From the NCBI GenBank assembly GCA_963662315.1, contig OY759353.1:576001-640000 (forward strand): a stretch of DNA of 64,000 bases. Direction: 5' to 3'. Position numbers and translations under genes: made by a program. The notes beneath the pieces are model-generated. The model worked only from the letters and a program-made list of their open reading frames with translations. It made no database searches and was not told where the DNA came from. Each line of letters begins with the position of its first letter. The first letter of the stretch is position 1. Shown piece by piece: positions 9,876 through 21,428 of the stretch. The DNA comes from Geopsychrobacteraceae bacterium. GTDB taxonomy: Bacteria; Desulfobacterota; Desulfuromonadia; Desulfuromonadales; Geopsychrobacteraceae.

Positions 9876-11003
9876 ATGTACACAGATTTTTTTGGTCTGA
9901 ACGCCAAGCCTTTTGAATTATTGCCTAATCCAAAATTCCTTTATCTGAGTAAAGGACATCGAAAAGCGCTTAGTTATCTCCAGTATGGTGTCGAAGAACA
10001 TGCTGGTTTTACTCTCATGACAGGCGAAGTCGGTTCTGGGAAAACTACTTTGCTGCGGGACATTATCAATAAGATTAGTGGTGATGTAACCTTGTCCATG
10101 GTGTTTAACACCAGCGTTGATGGTACGCAGCTGCTCACAATGATCAATGAGGATTTCGGTCTACGGGTAGAAGGGCGCAGCAAGGTCGAGCTACTTAGTG
10201 ATTTGAATGATTTCTTGCTTGCTGAATGTGGTGATGGCCGTCAGCCGATTATCATCATTGACGAAGCACAAAATCTTTCCGAAGAAGCGTTGGAAGAAAT
10301 CCGTCTGCTTTCGAACTTGGAAGCAGACAATTTCAAACTGGTGCAGATCATCCTTGTTGGACAGCCTGAGCTTAAAGAGATTATTGCACGGCCATCCCTG
10401 CGCCAACTGCGCCAACGGATAAGCATCAGTTGCCACCTCAGTCCTTTAAATCGCGAAGAAATGGAAGAGTATATTTTCCATCGTCTCGCTACCGTTGGTA
10501 ATCGCGATTGCGTTACTTTTGCAGAAGGTGTTCTTGATCGTTTATTCGATTTCAGTGGTGGCGTTCCTCGTCTTATTAATGTGATTTGTGATTTTCTTTT
10601 GCTATCTGCTTTTGTTGAGGAAACCCGTGACATCACTCTTGAGCTAGTTGATGATGCCATCAATGAACTCTCCTTTGGAAGTCCCTCTGCGATAGTTCAC
10701 CCCACTCTGCAAAGCGGTACTTTCGTTGGCAATGATGAGAGGCTGGCCAGGATTGAAGAAAATTTTGCAAAACTGAGCGCCAATCGGGCTGAGCAGGAAG
10801 CGATTCTCGAAAGGTTATCAAGTCAGGGGAGTATCCTGGAATATTTGATCAACCAACAGCACAGTCAGTTCGCCAAAATTGAGGAACAACTCAAGAAAAC
10901 CTCCGCACAGATAGAGCGGCTGCGTGCAGCTGTTTTGAAAGAGGGGGGTAAGGGGGAGCAAGGGCCTTTGTATTTTACTGAAGTGCTGAAGAAAAACGGT
11001 TAA
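9876..11003 (+). CDS. XrtA/PEP-CTERM system-associated ATPase (ExeA-like)
   Basis: MYTDFFGL..KPF..P start, GEVGSGKT Walker A, IIDEAQNL, LVGQPEL. ATG 9876 preferred. Confidence 0.9.
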   Translation: MYTDFFGLNAKPFELLPNPKFLYLSKGHRKALSYLQYGVEEHAGFTLMTGEVGSGKTTLLRDIINKISGDVTLSMVFNTSVDGTQLLTMINEDFGLRVEGRSKVELLSDLNDFLLAECGDGRQPIIIIDEAQNLSEEALEEIRLLSNLEADNFKLVQIILVGQPELKEIIARPSLRQLRQRISISCHLSPLNREEMEEYIFHRLATVGNRDCVTFAEGVLDRLFDFSGGVPRLINVICDFLLLSAFVEETRDITLELVDDAINELSFGSPSAIVHPTLQSGTFVGNDERLARIEENFAKLSANRAEQEAILERLSSQGSILEYLINQQHSQFAKIEEQLKKTSAQIERLRAAVLKEGGKGEQGPLYFTEVLKKNG

Positions 11004-11006
11004 TTG

Positions 11007-11228
11007 GCCACGGATTTTACAGATAGCTTCTCATTAGGGCAAAGGCTGCCTCACGCAAAGCTCGCCTAGACCGTAAAACTGGATAACAGAAGCTTTTTGT
11101 TGGAAATTAAAATAAGGAAATTTCTCGTGTACCTTCGGGTTTAAATGAGCAGAGCGAACGAGAGAGATAAATAAAAACAGATATTTATAGGCTTTTATCT
11201 GGGAAAATCTGTGTGTATCTGTGTGGCT
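11007..11228 (+). repeat. Composite palindromic intergenic element, copy A
   Basis: Outer arms GCCACGGATTTTACAGAT / ATCTGTGTGTATCTGTGTGGC, inner CTCACGCAAAGCTCGC, and motif TGAGCAGAGCGAACGAGAGAG at 11146. Confidence 0.7.
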
Positions 11229-11276
11229 GATAAATAAAGTACTTATAATTTCAATTTACTATTGAGGGTGGTTAAC

Positions 11277-12590
11277 GTGCTAGCAGAAAAATTATTAAAA
11301 CAAGAAGCAACTCTGGCTGTCGTAGGCTTAGGTTATGTCGGTCTTCCTTTGGCAGCAGCTTTTGGCAGGAGCTTTCCCGTTATTGGTTTCGATATCCATC
11401 AGGGAAAAATCGAACAGCTTAAAAAAGGTCACGATGCCACTGGTGAGCTGACTTCCGAAGATCTGGCTGAAACGAATATTCACTATACTGCGGATTCAAT
11501 AGCTCTTAAAAAGGCTGATTTTGTTATTGTCACTGTTCCGACACCGATTGATCAGAATAACAATCCCGATTTAACGCCAGTTGAAAAAGCGTCCACAACA
11601 ATAGGACAAAACCTCAAGCCAGGGGCGACAATCGTGTATGAGTCAACGGTCTATCCTGGTGTTACCGAAGATATCTGCGTGCCTATACTTGAAAAAGAGT
11701 CCGGGCTGAAATGTGGAATTGATTTCAAAGTTGGATATTCCCCGGAACGAATCAATCCGGGTGACAAGATTCACACCGTTGATAAAATTACCAAAGTTGT
11801 CTCCGGTATGGATGAAATGACTCTGGAAAATGTCGCTGGTGTCTACGAACTGGTCGTTAAGGCAGGAGTTCACAGGGCATCCAGTATCAAGGTTGCTGAA
11901 GCAGCCAAAGTAATAGAGAATACCCAGCGCGATCTGAATATTGCTTTAATCAATGAGTTATCTATTATTTTCAATAAAATGGATATTCCAACTATGGATG
12001 TTCTTGCTGCAGCCGGAACCAAGTGGAACTTCCTTAAATTCACCCCTGGTTTGGTTGGCGGCCACTGCATTGGTGTTGATCCTTATTATCTGACCCACAA
12101 AGCTGAGCAAATCGGTTATCTTCCGCAGGTTATTCTTGCCGGTCGACGAATTAATGACGGTATGGGTAAGTATGTTGCTGAAAATACCGTTAAGCAGATG
12201 ATTCGGAGCGGAAAGGTTGTTAAAGGATCTCGAGTACTGATATTAGGACTGACCTTCAAGGAGAATGTTCCCGATATTCGTAATACAAAAGTTATTGATA
12301 TTGTCGATGAATTAAAAGATTACGGTGTTGAGGTCCTGGTCCATGATCCCATGGCTGATGCTGATGAAGCCCGGCATGAGTATGGTCTTGAGTTGACAGA
12401 TATCGACTCGGTTGGGACTGTTGATGCCATCGTTTATGCTGTAAGTCATGCTGCCTTTAACAATATTACTCTTGAAGCTATGGCATCTATTTGTTCAAAC
12501 GGTGCTGGAAATGGCGTGTTGATTGACGTTAAGTCTGCATTGGTTGCCGCTGATGTTAAAAATGCCGGCCTGGTTTACTGGTCCTTATAG
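11277..12590 (+). CDS. Nucleotide-sugar dehydrogenase (UDP-N-acetylhexosamine 6-dehydrogenase, WbpO/TviB-like)
   Basis: GLGYVGLP, ESTVYPG, YSPERINPG, GGHCIGVDPYY. GTG 11277 follows a GAGGGTGG RBS (ORF track starts at 11262). Confidence 0.92.
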   Translation: MLAEKLLKQEATLAVVGLGYVGLPLAAAFGRSFPVIGFDIHQGKIEQLKKGHDATGELTSEDLAETNIHYTADSIALKKADFVIVTVPTPIDQNNNPDLTPVEKASTTIGQNLKPGATIVYESTVYPGVTEDICVPILEKESGLKCGIDFKVGYSPERINPGDKIHTVDKITKVVSGMDEMTLENVAGVYELVVKAGVHRASSIKVAEAAKVIENTQRDLNIALINELSIIFNKMDIPTMDVLAAAGTKWNFLKFTPGLVGGHCIGVDPYYLTHKAEQIGYLPQVILAGRRINDGMGKYVAENTVKQMIRSGKVVKGSRVLILGLTFKENVPDIRNTKVIDIVDELKDYGVEVLVHDPMADADEARHEYGLELTDIDSVGTVDAIVYAVSHAAFNNITLEAMASICSNGAGNGVLIDVKSALVAADVKNAGLVYWSL

Positions 12591-12697
12591 ATCCTCAGAT
12601 GTTCCGCATTGATAACTAGGGTTCTGGTAATGCTGGAGTATCGCCAGAGCTCTAGTCTGATTTTAATCTGAGACTGGCCTGTGGGGAGAAGGGGAGT

Positions 12698-13522
12698 ATG
12701 GGAAGCATAGATCTTTCTTTTGTCATTTTGACATGGAATTCAAGAAAATTTTTAAATGCCTGTTTTGACACTGTTATTGGATCGTGTGAAGAACAAGGTA
12801 TAGATTATGAAATTCTCATATCCGATAATGGCTCAACAGACCTTTCTCACGATATTTTTGATCATTACTCTAAAAAACTTGGCGATAAGTTTCAAGTTAC
12901 TTATCTGGGGGAAAACAAGGGGACCACTTATCCACGTAATATTGCGATTAAAAAAGCGCGTGGAAAGTATATTTGCGTTCTCGATTCAGACACTGAAATA
13001 CGCCAAGGGAATTACAGGGACTTATTTAAGCTGTTTGACAATGATTCCAGCCTTGGCATGGTGACCCCGCAGTTGCTTCTGCCCGATGGATCAATTCAGC
13101 ATTCAGCTAAAAAATTTCCCACTTTTGTCCTTAAGTTGAAGAAAATACTTAAAGCTGTTGGAAACCTGAAGATTAATGATAATGATTTTTACGAAGATTT
13201 TCCTTTCTACTCTCCCCGGACAATCGATACCGCTATTTCCGCATGTTGGTTTTTTCCCAAGACTTTGACTTCCCATATTGGTTATCTCGACGAAAGAATC
13301 TTTTATGCGCCTGAAGATCTCGATTATTGTGTCAGGGTTAGGAAGGGTGGTATGAAAATTCTTTATTGGCCTGATTTTAAGGTTCTTCATAATACCCAGC
13401 AAATTTCCCATCGAAAACCGTTTTCAAAGGTTTCGCGCAGTCATTTCTACGGCCTGATTTATTATTTTAAAAAGCATGGTGGGTGGCTAAGTAATAATCA
13501 TTTAAAGGTAAACAATAACTGA
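12698..13522 (+). CDS. Glycosyltransferase family 2
   Basis: DNGSTD, LDSD (DxD) and EDLDYC motifs. Confidence 0.88.
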   Translation: MGSIDLSFVILTWNSRKFLNACFDTVIGSCEEQGIDYEILISDNGSTDLSHDIFDHYSKKLGDKFQVTYLGENKGTTYPRNIAIKKARGKYICVLDSDTEIRQGNYRDLFKLFDNDSSLGMVTPQLLLPDGSIQHSAKKFPTFVLKLKKILKAVGNLKINDNDFYEDFPFYSPRTIDTAISACWFFPKTLTSHIGYLDERIFYAPEDLDYCVRVRKGGMKILYWPDFKVLHNTQQISHRKPFSKVSRSHFYGLIYYFKKHGGWLSNNHLKVNNN

Positions 13523-14613
13523 TGCTGACTAGGATTAAAGACGCGCTGAAATGGGTTCCGTCCTATCTTGCACGGGATCTCCTGTTGTCTCTTAACGGGT
13601 CACGTTCACAGGTTAAACATGTTTATTTCTGTATCTGTGATCACTTTGAACCCTACTGGAATCGTGCTGGAGACCAGGTCGCCAAGACCAGGTTGAACCG
13701 TTGGTTGAATGAGTGGCCCATGGTTGCGGATGATAATAGAGATTCCTTTGGCAACAGGCTGCCGTACAGTTTTTTTTACCCTGAAGAAGAATATAATAAG
13801 GATGATATCGATGCCCTGGCCAAGCTATGTCATGCTGGCTACGGTGAGGTTGAGATCCATTTACATCATCATGATGATAATCCTGAGAATTTAAAACATA
13901 CGCTGCTAGATTTCAAACATCGGCTGCACGAGGTTCATGGTCTTTTGCCGGTGAATGAACGCACGGGTAAAATCTCTTATGCCTTTATTCATGGGAACTG
14001 GTGCCTGAATAATTGTCGGCCAGACGGTTGCTGGTGTGGTGTTGATGACGAAACCTCCATTCTACTTGAAACCGGATGCTACGCAGACCTGACCTTTCCG
14101 TCGGCTCCCAGTCCGACGCAGCCGCGCAAAGTGAATAGTCTTTACTATGTCAAACCCACTCCTGGGCAATCTGCAGCCCATGAGATTGGAGATGATTTGC
14201 AGGTTGGTGGTAACGAAAAGGGTCTTTTAATGGTACAGGGACCATTAGGGTTTGCCTGGGGACGCCGGAAGTGGGGTATTGTCCCGCGTATTGAAAATAG
14301 CGGTCTCATGTTGTCAATGCCCATTAATAAAGCCCGGTTTCATGATTTTATGCGCGCTCATGTGCATGTCAAAGGTGCCTCCGAGCATGTTTTTGTCAAG
14401 TTGTATGCCCACGGCACGCAGGAAGATAACCTTAAGATGTTTTTTGATGATGGAGGAGGAAGAAGGCTTCTTTCTGGAATGCGGGAATATGTCGAATCAC
14501 TCGGTGCTCAGGTACATTTTGTCAGCGCTCGCCAGATGGTGAATACTATATTGGCCATTCAACGAACAGACTCTTCTCTTAATAATAACGCTCCATACAG
14601 TCTGAAGTTCTGA
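13522..14613 (+). CDS. Hypothetical protein, His/Asp-rich (possible metal-dependent polysaccharide-modifying enzyme)
   Basis: 363 aa ORF translationally coupled to the GT2; motifs CDHFEP, EIHLHH, HGNW, YADLTFPSAP, KLYAHG. Function inferred only. Confidence 0.6.
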   Translation: MLTRIKDALKWVPSYLARDLLLSLNGSRSQVKHVYFCICDHFEPYWNRAGDQVAKTRLNRWLNEWPMVADDNRDSFGNRLPYSFFYPEEEYNKDDIDALAKLCHAGYGEVEIHLHHHDDNPENLKHTLLDFKHRLHEVHGLLPVNERTGKISYAFIHGNWCLNNCRPDGCWCGVDDETSILLETGCYADLTFPSAPSPTQPRKVNSLYYVKPTPGQSAAHEIGDDLQVGGNEKGLLMVQGPLGFAWGRRKWGIVPRIENSGLMLSMPINKARFHDFMRAHVHVKGASEHVFVKLYAHGTQEDNLKMFFDDGGGRRLLSGMREYVESLGAQVHFVSARQMVNTILAIQRTDSSLNNNAPYSLKF

Positions 14614-14615
14614 CT

Positions 14616-15908
14616 ATGCTTTATTTTGTCGCTTGCATTTATCTTGTTATGTATTACATCCGGCCTTTTGAGTGGGTCCCAGGGATGGTTGGTATACCAA
14701 TTTTTGTGGTGCTTTGTGTGGTCGCCTTCCTGCTTTTAGTAATCAATTTCATCAATGGAAAAATTCGTTTATTCAGTTTCAATACTGATATTTTCATGGT
14801 GGGGTTTTTTGGCGCTATCCTTTTGTCTCACATTACTCATGGTTATCTGCATGGGATGATTGATGGAGCAATCAAATTTTTCCCTGTTTTTATTGGTTAC
14901 TTTTTATTTGCACATGCTCTAGACACCTATAAAAAATATAACTGCTTTCTGTTGTTATTAATCTTTTTGACAGCGTTCCTGGCTTATCAAGGCTATTTGC
15001 AAGTAACCACTGGTCATGCATACGGAGGTCTAGAACCGCTATATCAGCGCGTTGGTTATGATGAAAGTAATAACCCTATCTATGTAACCCGGATTCGTTG
15101 GTATGGAGTTTTTAATGATCCGAATGATCTGGGGTTGGCGTTGGTTTTAATTGTTCCCGTTTTAATTGATCGGGTATTCCAGAAAAGATTTTTTCTCAGT
15201 GCGTTGCTTCTCCCTGTGATTCTCTACGGTATTTATTGGACCAACTCAAGAGGAGCCATGTTGTCACTTGCTGCTGGTATTTTTGCTTATCTCGTATTGC
15301 GATATCGGTCTCTGAAGGGCGTTATCATTGGCGGTGTAATGGCGGTTATCGGTGTTGTCTTTGGGCCGAGCCGTATGGGTTCCTTATCTGGGAGTGAAGA
15401 GTCTGCTTATGGGCGCATAGAGGCGTGGTATTCTGGGTTCCAGATGTTTAAAAGTAGCCCTTTATTTGGAGTCGGCCAGGGAATGTTTACTGAATATCAT
15501 AATTTAACGGCTCACAATTCTTATATGTTGGTACTGGCTGAACTTGGGTTGTTGGGATCAATATTTTTTGTTGGTATGTTTTATATCTCACTATTATGGA
15601 CGAAAAATTATTGTTTTCTTGGTGAAGCCTTATCCTCAGAAATTGAAAAACAGAATCGTAGCCAAGCTTGTGCGCTTTCTGCATCTTTAGTAGGTGTGAT
15701 GGCGGCAATATTTTTTTTGAGTCGTTCATATGTTCTTTTGCCTTTCTTGATTATTGCTTTAATGGTGCGTTTTTCTACATTTAGAGACGTTGATTTAAAT
15801 CAATATTTTGTCAATCCGTTTCAGGCACCGATTAAGTGGAGATCTATTTTATCTCTGATTGTTATAGAGATTATATTTATAAATATTGTTGTTAAGGTAC
15901 TCGTTTAA
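14616..15908 (+). CDS. O-antigen ligase/Wzy-like polymerase
   Basis: About 12 TM segments; FNDPNDL, SRGA, PLFGVG and AHNSY motifs. Confidence 0.85.
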   Translation: MLYFVACIYLVMYYIRPFEWVPGMVGIPIFVVLCVVAFLLLVINFINGKIRLFSFNTDIFMVGFFGAILLSHITHGYLHGMIDGAIKFFPVFIGYFLFAHALDTYKKYNCFLLLLIFLTAFLAYQGYLQVTTGHAYGGLEPLYQRVGYDESNNPIYVTRIRWYGVFNDPNDLGLALVLIVPVLIDRVFQKRFFLSALLLPVILYGIYWTNSRGAMLSLAAGIFAYLVLRYRSLKGVIIGGVMAVIGVVFGPSRMGSLSGSEESAYGRIEAWYSGFQMFKSSPLFGVGQGMFTEYHNLTAHNSYMLVLAELGLLGSIFFVGMFYISLLWTKNYCFLGEALSSEIEKQNRSQACALSASLVGVMAAIFFLSRSYVLLPFLIIALMVRFSTFRDVDLNQYFVNPFQAPIKWRSILSLIVIEIIFINIVVKVLV

Positions 15909-15911
15909 AAT

Positions 15912-17414
15912 ATGCTACGTAATATAATTGCAAACTGGTCTTTTATTTTTGTTTCTGCCATTTCTGTTTATGCTCTGTATCCTTTCTATATTGATGTTTT
16001 AGGCGCTGAGCAGTATGGAGTATGGCTTCTAATTTCATCTATAATCGGTTATTTTTCACTGATTCAGATGGGGGTTCCTTTAGCAAATGTTCGGTTTGTG
16101 TCAAAGTATTATGCAAAAGGTGACTTTGATAAATTGAATGAGGTTTTAGGTGCTAATCTGTTTCTGTTCATCTGGATGGCGGGGATAACAGTTTTTTTTG
16201 GATTAGCCATTTCATTATTCTTGGACAGGTTTTTCCAAATCCCCCTTGAATATCTTTATTATGCGAAAATAGGTCTTATCATTGCGGCTTTGGAAGTTGG
16301 TTTACGTTTTGTGTTTGAGGCTGTTGAAGGGGTACTTAATGCCAGACGAGAATTTGTCTTTATTAATGGTGTCAGAAATGTCATCACTATACTGAGAGTT
16401 GCTCTTTCTTTCCTGTTGATTTCAAACGATTGTGGACTGCTGTGGGTCGCCTCGTTACTGCTTTTATCCACAATAATTCAATCGATTTGCTTTTATCTCT
16501 GCGTTAGCCGTAAGTACCCAAAAATAAAACTGCTTCCTAAAAAAGCTACCCGTGAAATGTTTAAGGATATTTTTTCCTACAGCGGGTTTGTTTTACTTTT
16601 GCAGCTTTCAAGTCGCATTAGTTTCCAGACAGATGCCCTTGTCCTGGCAAGTGTTGTGTCCGTCACCTCAGTTGTCTGGTTTGGTGTTGCAAATAGTATT
16701 TTATTATATTTGACTCAGATGGTCGTTGGGGTTTCAAAAGTTTTGATGCCTCAGATGAGTGAACTTGATTCGTTGGGAGATAACTCAAAAATATGTTCCG
16801 TATTTTTAACTTCGACTCGAATGGTTGGTTTGCTGGTATTCCCGATTTGTCTGCTTTTATATTACTATGGTGGTGAATTTATTCAACTTTGGATGAAAGA
16901 TAGCTTTCGTCCAGAAATGTATGAAGTTTTATCTATCTTGCTTGTTGGATATGTTTTTTTTCTGGTTCAGCGTGGGACAACCTTTCCAGTATTGATGGGT
17001 GTGTCTAAAATGAAATGGCCAACAATTGTCATGTTTGTGGCGGCTATCTTCAATTTGGTTTCAAGTATCTGGTTTGGAAAAATATATGGAGTTTATGGTG
17101 TGGCTTGGGCAACAAGTATTCCTACGATATGTGTTGCACTTTTTCTTTTAGCTTATATATCGTCGATTCTTTCCATTCCTATACTGAAGTGTCTTATTAA
17201 CTCTACACTGATCCCAGGGGTCAGCTTGCTGCCGATTATCATTCTATTCTATTGCTTTGATAGTTTTGACCTTCAATATTCCTACTTGGCACTAATTTTT
17301 AAGATAGGCGTGTCCATGATTCTCACGTTTTTATTTGATCTCTTTCTTGTTGATAAAATTTATAGGGGTAAGTTTATGAATATTATTTCTAAAGTAAAAG
17401 GAGCAACCATATGA
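15912..17414 (+). CDS. Oligosaccharide flippase (Wzx)
   Basis: 500 aa with about 14 TM segments, [13 protein letters not shown] N-terminus; EPS context. Confidence 0.85.
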   Translation: MLRNIIANWSFIFVSAISVYALYPFYIDVLGAEQYGVWLLISSIIGYFSLIQMGVPLANVRFVSKYYAKGDFDKLNEVLGANLFLFIWMAGITVFFGLAISLFLDRFFQIPLEYLYYAKIGLIIAALEVGLRFVFEAVEGVLNARREFVFINGVRNVITILRVALSFLLISNDCGLLWVASLLLLSTIIQSICFYLCVSRKYPKIKLLPKKATREMFKDIFSYSGFVLLLQLSSRISFQTDALVLASVVSVTSVVWFGVANSILLYLTQMVVGVSKVLMPQMSELDSLGDNSKICSVFLTSTRMVGLLVFPICLLLYYYGGEFIQLWMKDSFRPEMYEVLSILLVGYVFFLVQRGTTFPVLMGVSKMKWPTIVMFVAAIFNLVSSIWFGKIYGVYGVAWATSIPTICVALFLLAYISSILSIPILKCLINSTLIPGVSLLPIIILFYCFDSFDLQYSYLALIFKIGVSMILTFLFDLFLVDKIYRGKFMNIISKVKGATI

Positions 17415-18085
17415 TTGGCTTTCTCCTTGGAATGTATAGAAAATACAGTTTAAAAAAACTATATGTTTATTTATATAAAGTTGCGGTAATTGGTGATTAT
17501 TTTGAGGCTGAACGTGGCGCATACATTAGGAATGAGTCCGGTAATCCTCAGGCAATTCAAATAGGTCATCATGTCAGGTTGACAGGTGATATCTCCTGTA
17601 AACGCGGTGGAAATGTAACGATTGGGAATTATTGCGTCCTGCAGGATAATTCATCTATTAATTGTGTCAGCTCAGTAACTATTGGTGATTTTACCGGAAT
17701 TGCTCACAGTTGTTTGATTACTGACAACAACACCCATGCATTAGGAATAGAAAATTGGATTAGACATCGCATAACGGTAGCTCCTGGAGGTAAAGGTTAT
17801 CCAGGTATGGGCAATGGTTGGGAGTTGTCTGAAACTAAACCTGTTGTAATTGGCAACGGTGTATGGATTGGGGCTAAATCAAGTATACTGAAGGGGGTAA
17901 CTATAGGGGATTGTGCTGTTGTTGCCCAAGGGTCAGTTGTAACTAAGGATGTTCCCCCTTACGCAGTTGTCGGTGGTAATCCTGCTAAAATTATTAAAAC
18001 GTTTGATGCTCCTACTGAAACGATAACTGAAATAGCTGACCGCATATTGAAGGAATTTGATGAAAGTTCTTCATGTCGTAAATAG
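17411..18085 (+). CDS. Hexapeptide-repeat O-acyltransferase
   Basis: Left-handed beta-helix repeats; [18 protein letters not shown]. Confidence 0.88.
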   Translation: MIGFLLGMYRKYSLKKLYVYLYKVAVIGDYFEAERGAYIRNESGNPQAIQIGHHVRLTGDISCKRGGNVTIGNYCVLQDNSSINCVSSVTIGDFTGIAHSCLITDNNTHALGIENWIRHRITVAPGGKGYPGMGNGWELSETKPVVIGNGVWIGAKSSILKGVTIGDCAVVAQGSVVTKDVPPYAVVGGNPAKIIKTFDAPTETITEIADRILKEFDESSSCRK

Positions 18086-19145
18086 CCTCGCAATGGGAGG
18101 TCTGGAAAATTTTGTTGTTGAATTGACAAAAAATTTGCCACAAGTTGATCATTATGTCGCTTGTTTAACAGGCAAAGGAGAGTTGTTCGACGATATTGAT
18201 GGATGTGCTTATTTTTTGGATGTTCCTAAAAAGACCTCCATCAGGACATTTTATTCCTTATGGAAATTGATGTCAGATTTAAAAGTCGATATTGTTCATA
18301 CCCATAACCAAGGGCCGCAATTTTATGGGGCAATTGCTGCTAAATTACGCGGGTTGCCTGTTGTGCATACAAAACATGGACGAAATCTGTCTAATTTTGG
18401 GAAACGGAAATATCTAGATCGGATATCTTCTCTTTTTACTGATAAAATTGTCACTGTGTCGGAAGATATTCGAAGGCTATGTGTTGAACAGTTAAGGATT
18501 CCTGAAAAAAAAGTATCTGTAATCCTTAATGGTATTGACACTAATAAGTTTTGTTCACAGGTTCGTCCTGCTAGACAAGAATCTGAACCCTTTATCATCG
18601 GTACAGTTGCAAGACTTTCTCCTGAAAAGAATCAAGCCTGCTTGCTTCGTGCTGCCAAAGTGTTAAAAGACAATCAGCTTAATTTTAAAGTTCAGATTGT
18701 TGGTGATGGACCATTAAAAGAGAATTTGAATGCTCTATCTATGCAATTGGTGTTGGAAAAGCATGTTGAATTTCTAGGGTTGCGGCGTGATATCCCTGAA
18801 ATATTAAATCATTTTGATCTGTTTGTATTACCTTCTTTTACTGAAGGAATTTCTTTGACTTTGCTGGAGGCGATGAGTTGTCAACTTCCAGTTGTTGCCA
18901 CTAGAGTTGGCGGAAATTGTGAAATAATAGATGATGGAAAAGATGGATTTCTCGTCCCATCCGATGACCATCTTGAGCTTGCTAATGTTTTATCAGGTTG
19001 TATTTCAGATGAAAAAAAATATCTTCTGGACGAAGTAGGTAAACAATCTCGTTTAAAGATTATTTCACAGTTTAGCTTAGACATAGTTGTTGGTCGGTAT
19101 CTTTCTCTATATCAATCACTTGCAGGTTCTCATGCTGAGCTCTGA
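18057..19145 (+). CDS. Glycosyltransferase family 4
   Basis: [16 protein letters not shown] and [11 protein letters not shown] motifs. Confidence 0.9.
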   Translation: MMKVLHVVNSLAMGGLENFVVELTKNLPQVDHYVACLTGKGELFDDIDGCAYFLDVPKKTSIRTFYSLWKLMSDLKVDIVHTHNQGPQFYGAIAAKLRGLPVVHTKHGRNLSNFGKRKYLDRISSLFTDKIVTVSEDIRRLCVEQLRIPEKKVSVILNGIDTNKFCSQVRPARQESEPFIIGTVARLSPEKNQACLLRAAKVLKDNQLNFKVQIVGDGPLKENLNALSMQLVLEKHVEFLGLRRDIPEILNHFDLFVLPSFTEGISLTLLEAMSCQLPVVATRVGGNCEIIDDGKDGFLVPSDDHLELANVLSGCISDEKKYLLDEVGKQSRLKIISQFSLDIVVGRYLSLYQSLAGSHAEL

Positions 19146-20310
19146 CACGATGACAAATCGAAACAGGTTGCTTTTTGTTTCTAGTATTTTCCCTAATTCT
19201 TATTTCAAAAGTAAGGGAACCTACAATTTACAGCAGGTCAACGCATTAAAAGCTGTATATGACGTCGATATAATTGCGCCGGTTTCTTTTTTAGAAAAAA
19301 TTAAATTTAATGTTCCAGAGACTGAATATATTAAGTCCAGTATCATTTATCATCCAACATTTTTTTATATTCCTGGAATTTTCAGACAATTTAATGGTTT
19401 TTTTTATTATCTTTCTGTTTTTAATTGTGTAAGGCGACTATTGAAGTCCGGTTGTTATTCTCTTATGTTTTCCACTTGGTTATATCCAGATAGTTGGGCT
19501 GTATCTCGGTTAGCTCAACGCTATGGTCTCAAGCATTTCATCAAAGTTCATGGAAGCGATGTTAATTGTTTAAATCCAAGCTCATTTTCTGGGAAACTTG
19601 CCCTAAAGGCAGTTGCTCATTCCTCTACAGTCTTTTGTGTCAGTAAAGCTCTTCGTGACAAATTGGAATCTTTCGGAGCCAATCCTGGAAAATTGAAAGT
19701 ATTATATAACGGTATTGATAAGACTTGTTTTCGTAAAATAGAGCGATCTTCTGCATCTGAGAGTATAGAATATACACATATTGACCGCAGAGTTCTCCTT
19801 TTTGTTGGTAATATTAAAGGGTCTAAAGGGGTTTTTGATCTTTTCGAGGCTTTTAGTAAGATATGTAATCAACCTGACTGTATCGATGTCGATTTGGTTT
19901 ACGTTGGTGGCGGGCCTGACTTGGCGGCCCTTAAAAGTCAGGTTCAAAGAAGTCCTTTTTCGTCACGAGTATTATTTGTTCCACCGCAGCTACCAGATAA
20001 AATTGCTCTCTGGATGAATGTTGCCAGTCTTTTATGCCTTCCAAGTCATATGGAGGGTGTTCCAAATGTTATTCTTGAAGCTCTTTGCTGTGGTTTGCCA
20101 GTTGTTGCGACTGCTGTTGGCGGTGTTCCCGAGATCGCTGAAATGGATGATCGCTTAGTCACCGTTCCTTTGCGAGATAATGAGGCATTAGCTGAGTCTT
20201 TACTTCGTTGCCTTCATTCTAGCGCCAGCTTTGGTCCTAAACGTGCTGTCTTTGATAGTTGGGAGACCAATGCCCAGAGGATAGTTCATTCTTTTGAAAA
20301 TAGTATATAA
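19132..20310 (+). CDS. Glycosyltransferase family 4 (TuaC-like)
   Basis: HGSDV and EGVPNVILEA motifs. Start uncertain (19087, 19132 or 19150). Confidence 0.85.
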   Translation: MLSSDTMTNRNRLLFVSSIFPNSYFKSKGTYNLQQVNALKAVYDVDIIAPVSFLEKIKFNVPETEYIKSSIIYHPTFFYIPGIFRQFNGFFYYLSVFNCVRRLLKSGCYSLMFSTWLYPDSWAVSRLAQRYGLKHFIKVHGSDVNCLNPSSFSGKLALKAVAHSSTVFCVSKALRDKLESFGANPGKLKVLYNGIDKTCFRKIERSSASESIEYTHIDRRVLLFVGNIKGSKGVFDLFEAFSKICNQPDCIDVDLVYVGGGPDLAALKSQVQRSPFSSRVLFVPPQLPDKIALWMNVASLLCLPSHMEGVPNVILEALCCGLPVVATAVGGVPEIAEMDDRLVTVPLRDNEALAESLLRCLHSSASFGPKRAVFDSWETNAQRIVHSFENSI

Positions 20311-20333
20311 TTTAAATTGATTGTGGGGGTCTG

Positions 20334-21428
20334 ATGAATATTAAGGTTGCATTGGTCGGGTGTGGTCAAATCGCCGACGGACATGCCGGAGAAATTGCTA
20401 AAATAAATGGTGCCGAATTAGTTGCCGTCTGTGATCTCGAGCCAATTATGGCTGAACAGTTGGCTTTACGCTTTGGCATTAAGTCACATTATTGTGATTA
20501 TAAAAAAATGCTTCAAAATGAAAAACCTGATGTTGTACATATTTGTACGCCGCCAAGTTCTCATTTGTCTCTTGTCAAACTGGCTGTTGATGCAGGTTGT
20601 CATGTGTACGTCGAAAAGCCTTTGGCTCTCAACTATGCAGACTCTGTGGAATTGATCGATTGTGTTGAGGCCGCTGGGCTGAAGATAACAATAGGGCATA
20701 ACAGTGAATTTGATCCACCAGCTCTGGAAATGAGAGAATTGATTTCCAAGGGTGTTTTAGGCGATCCCGTCCATGTTGAAAGCTGGTTTGGATACAACCT
20801 ATCCGGTCCTTTTGGACAAGCTATACTCGGCAGCCCCGAGCATTGGGTTCATCGATTGCCCGGTAAATTGTTCCAGAACAATTTGAATCATTTATTGAAC
20901 AAGATTACCGAGTTTATTGTCGAGGATAAACCTGAAGTTATAGCGAAAGCATGGCGAAGTGATCCTTCTGTTCATTACGGGGATGTTCGGGATGATCTCT
21001 TTGACGAACTTCGTGTAATGATTAGAGGTAATGGGGTTTCGGCATACGGGACATTTACTTCAAACGTAAAGCCTGTTGCTCAATTTGTTCGTGTTTACGG
21101 AACTAAAAATATTATTGAGATGGATATTAACTCAAGGACGTGCATCGTGGATAGGGGGGTGACTCTGCCCAGTGCTATCGGACGTCTGGCCGCGGGTTTT
21201 AGTAAAGGTAAGGCTTACCGAAAATCTTCTTGGAAAAGCATTAAGAAATTCTTGAAGAATGATTACCATTATTTTGCCGGTATGAACTATTTGATCCATG
21301 CCTTTTATGAAAGTATCTCCAATGACGGTCCTTTGCCTATCTCAACTCATAGCATGTTGAGGATTGCCTGGATTATGGATGAAATTTTTTCACAAATTTA
21401 TCCTCAGGTTCAAGGAGAAAGACAATGA
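20334..21428 (+). CDS. Gfo/Idh/MocA family oxidoreductase
   Basis: GCGQIA Rossmann motif, TPP..H, EKP. Confidence 0.9.
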   Translation: MNIKVALVGCGQIADGHAGEIAKINGAELVAVCDLEPIMAEQLALRFGIKSHYCDYKKMLQNEKPDVVHICTPPSSHLSLVKLAVDAGCHVYVEKPLALNYADSVELIDCVEAAGLKITIGHNSEFDPPALEMRELISKGVLGDPVHVESWFGYNLSGPFGQAILGSPEHWVHRLPGKLFQNNLNHLLNKITEFIVEDKPEVIAKAWRSDPSVHYGDVRDDLFDELRVMIRGNGVSAYGTFTSNVKPVAQFVRVYGTKNIIEMDINSRTCIVDRGVTLPSAIGRLAAGFSKGKAYRKSSWKSIKKFLKNDYHYFAGMNYLIHAFYESISNDGPLPISTHSMLRIAWIMDEIFSQIYPQVQGERQ

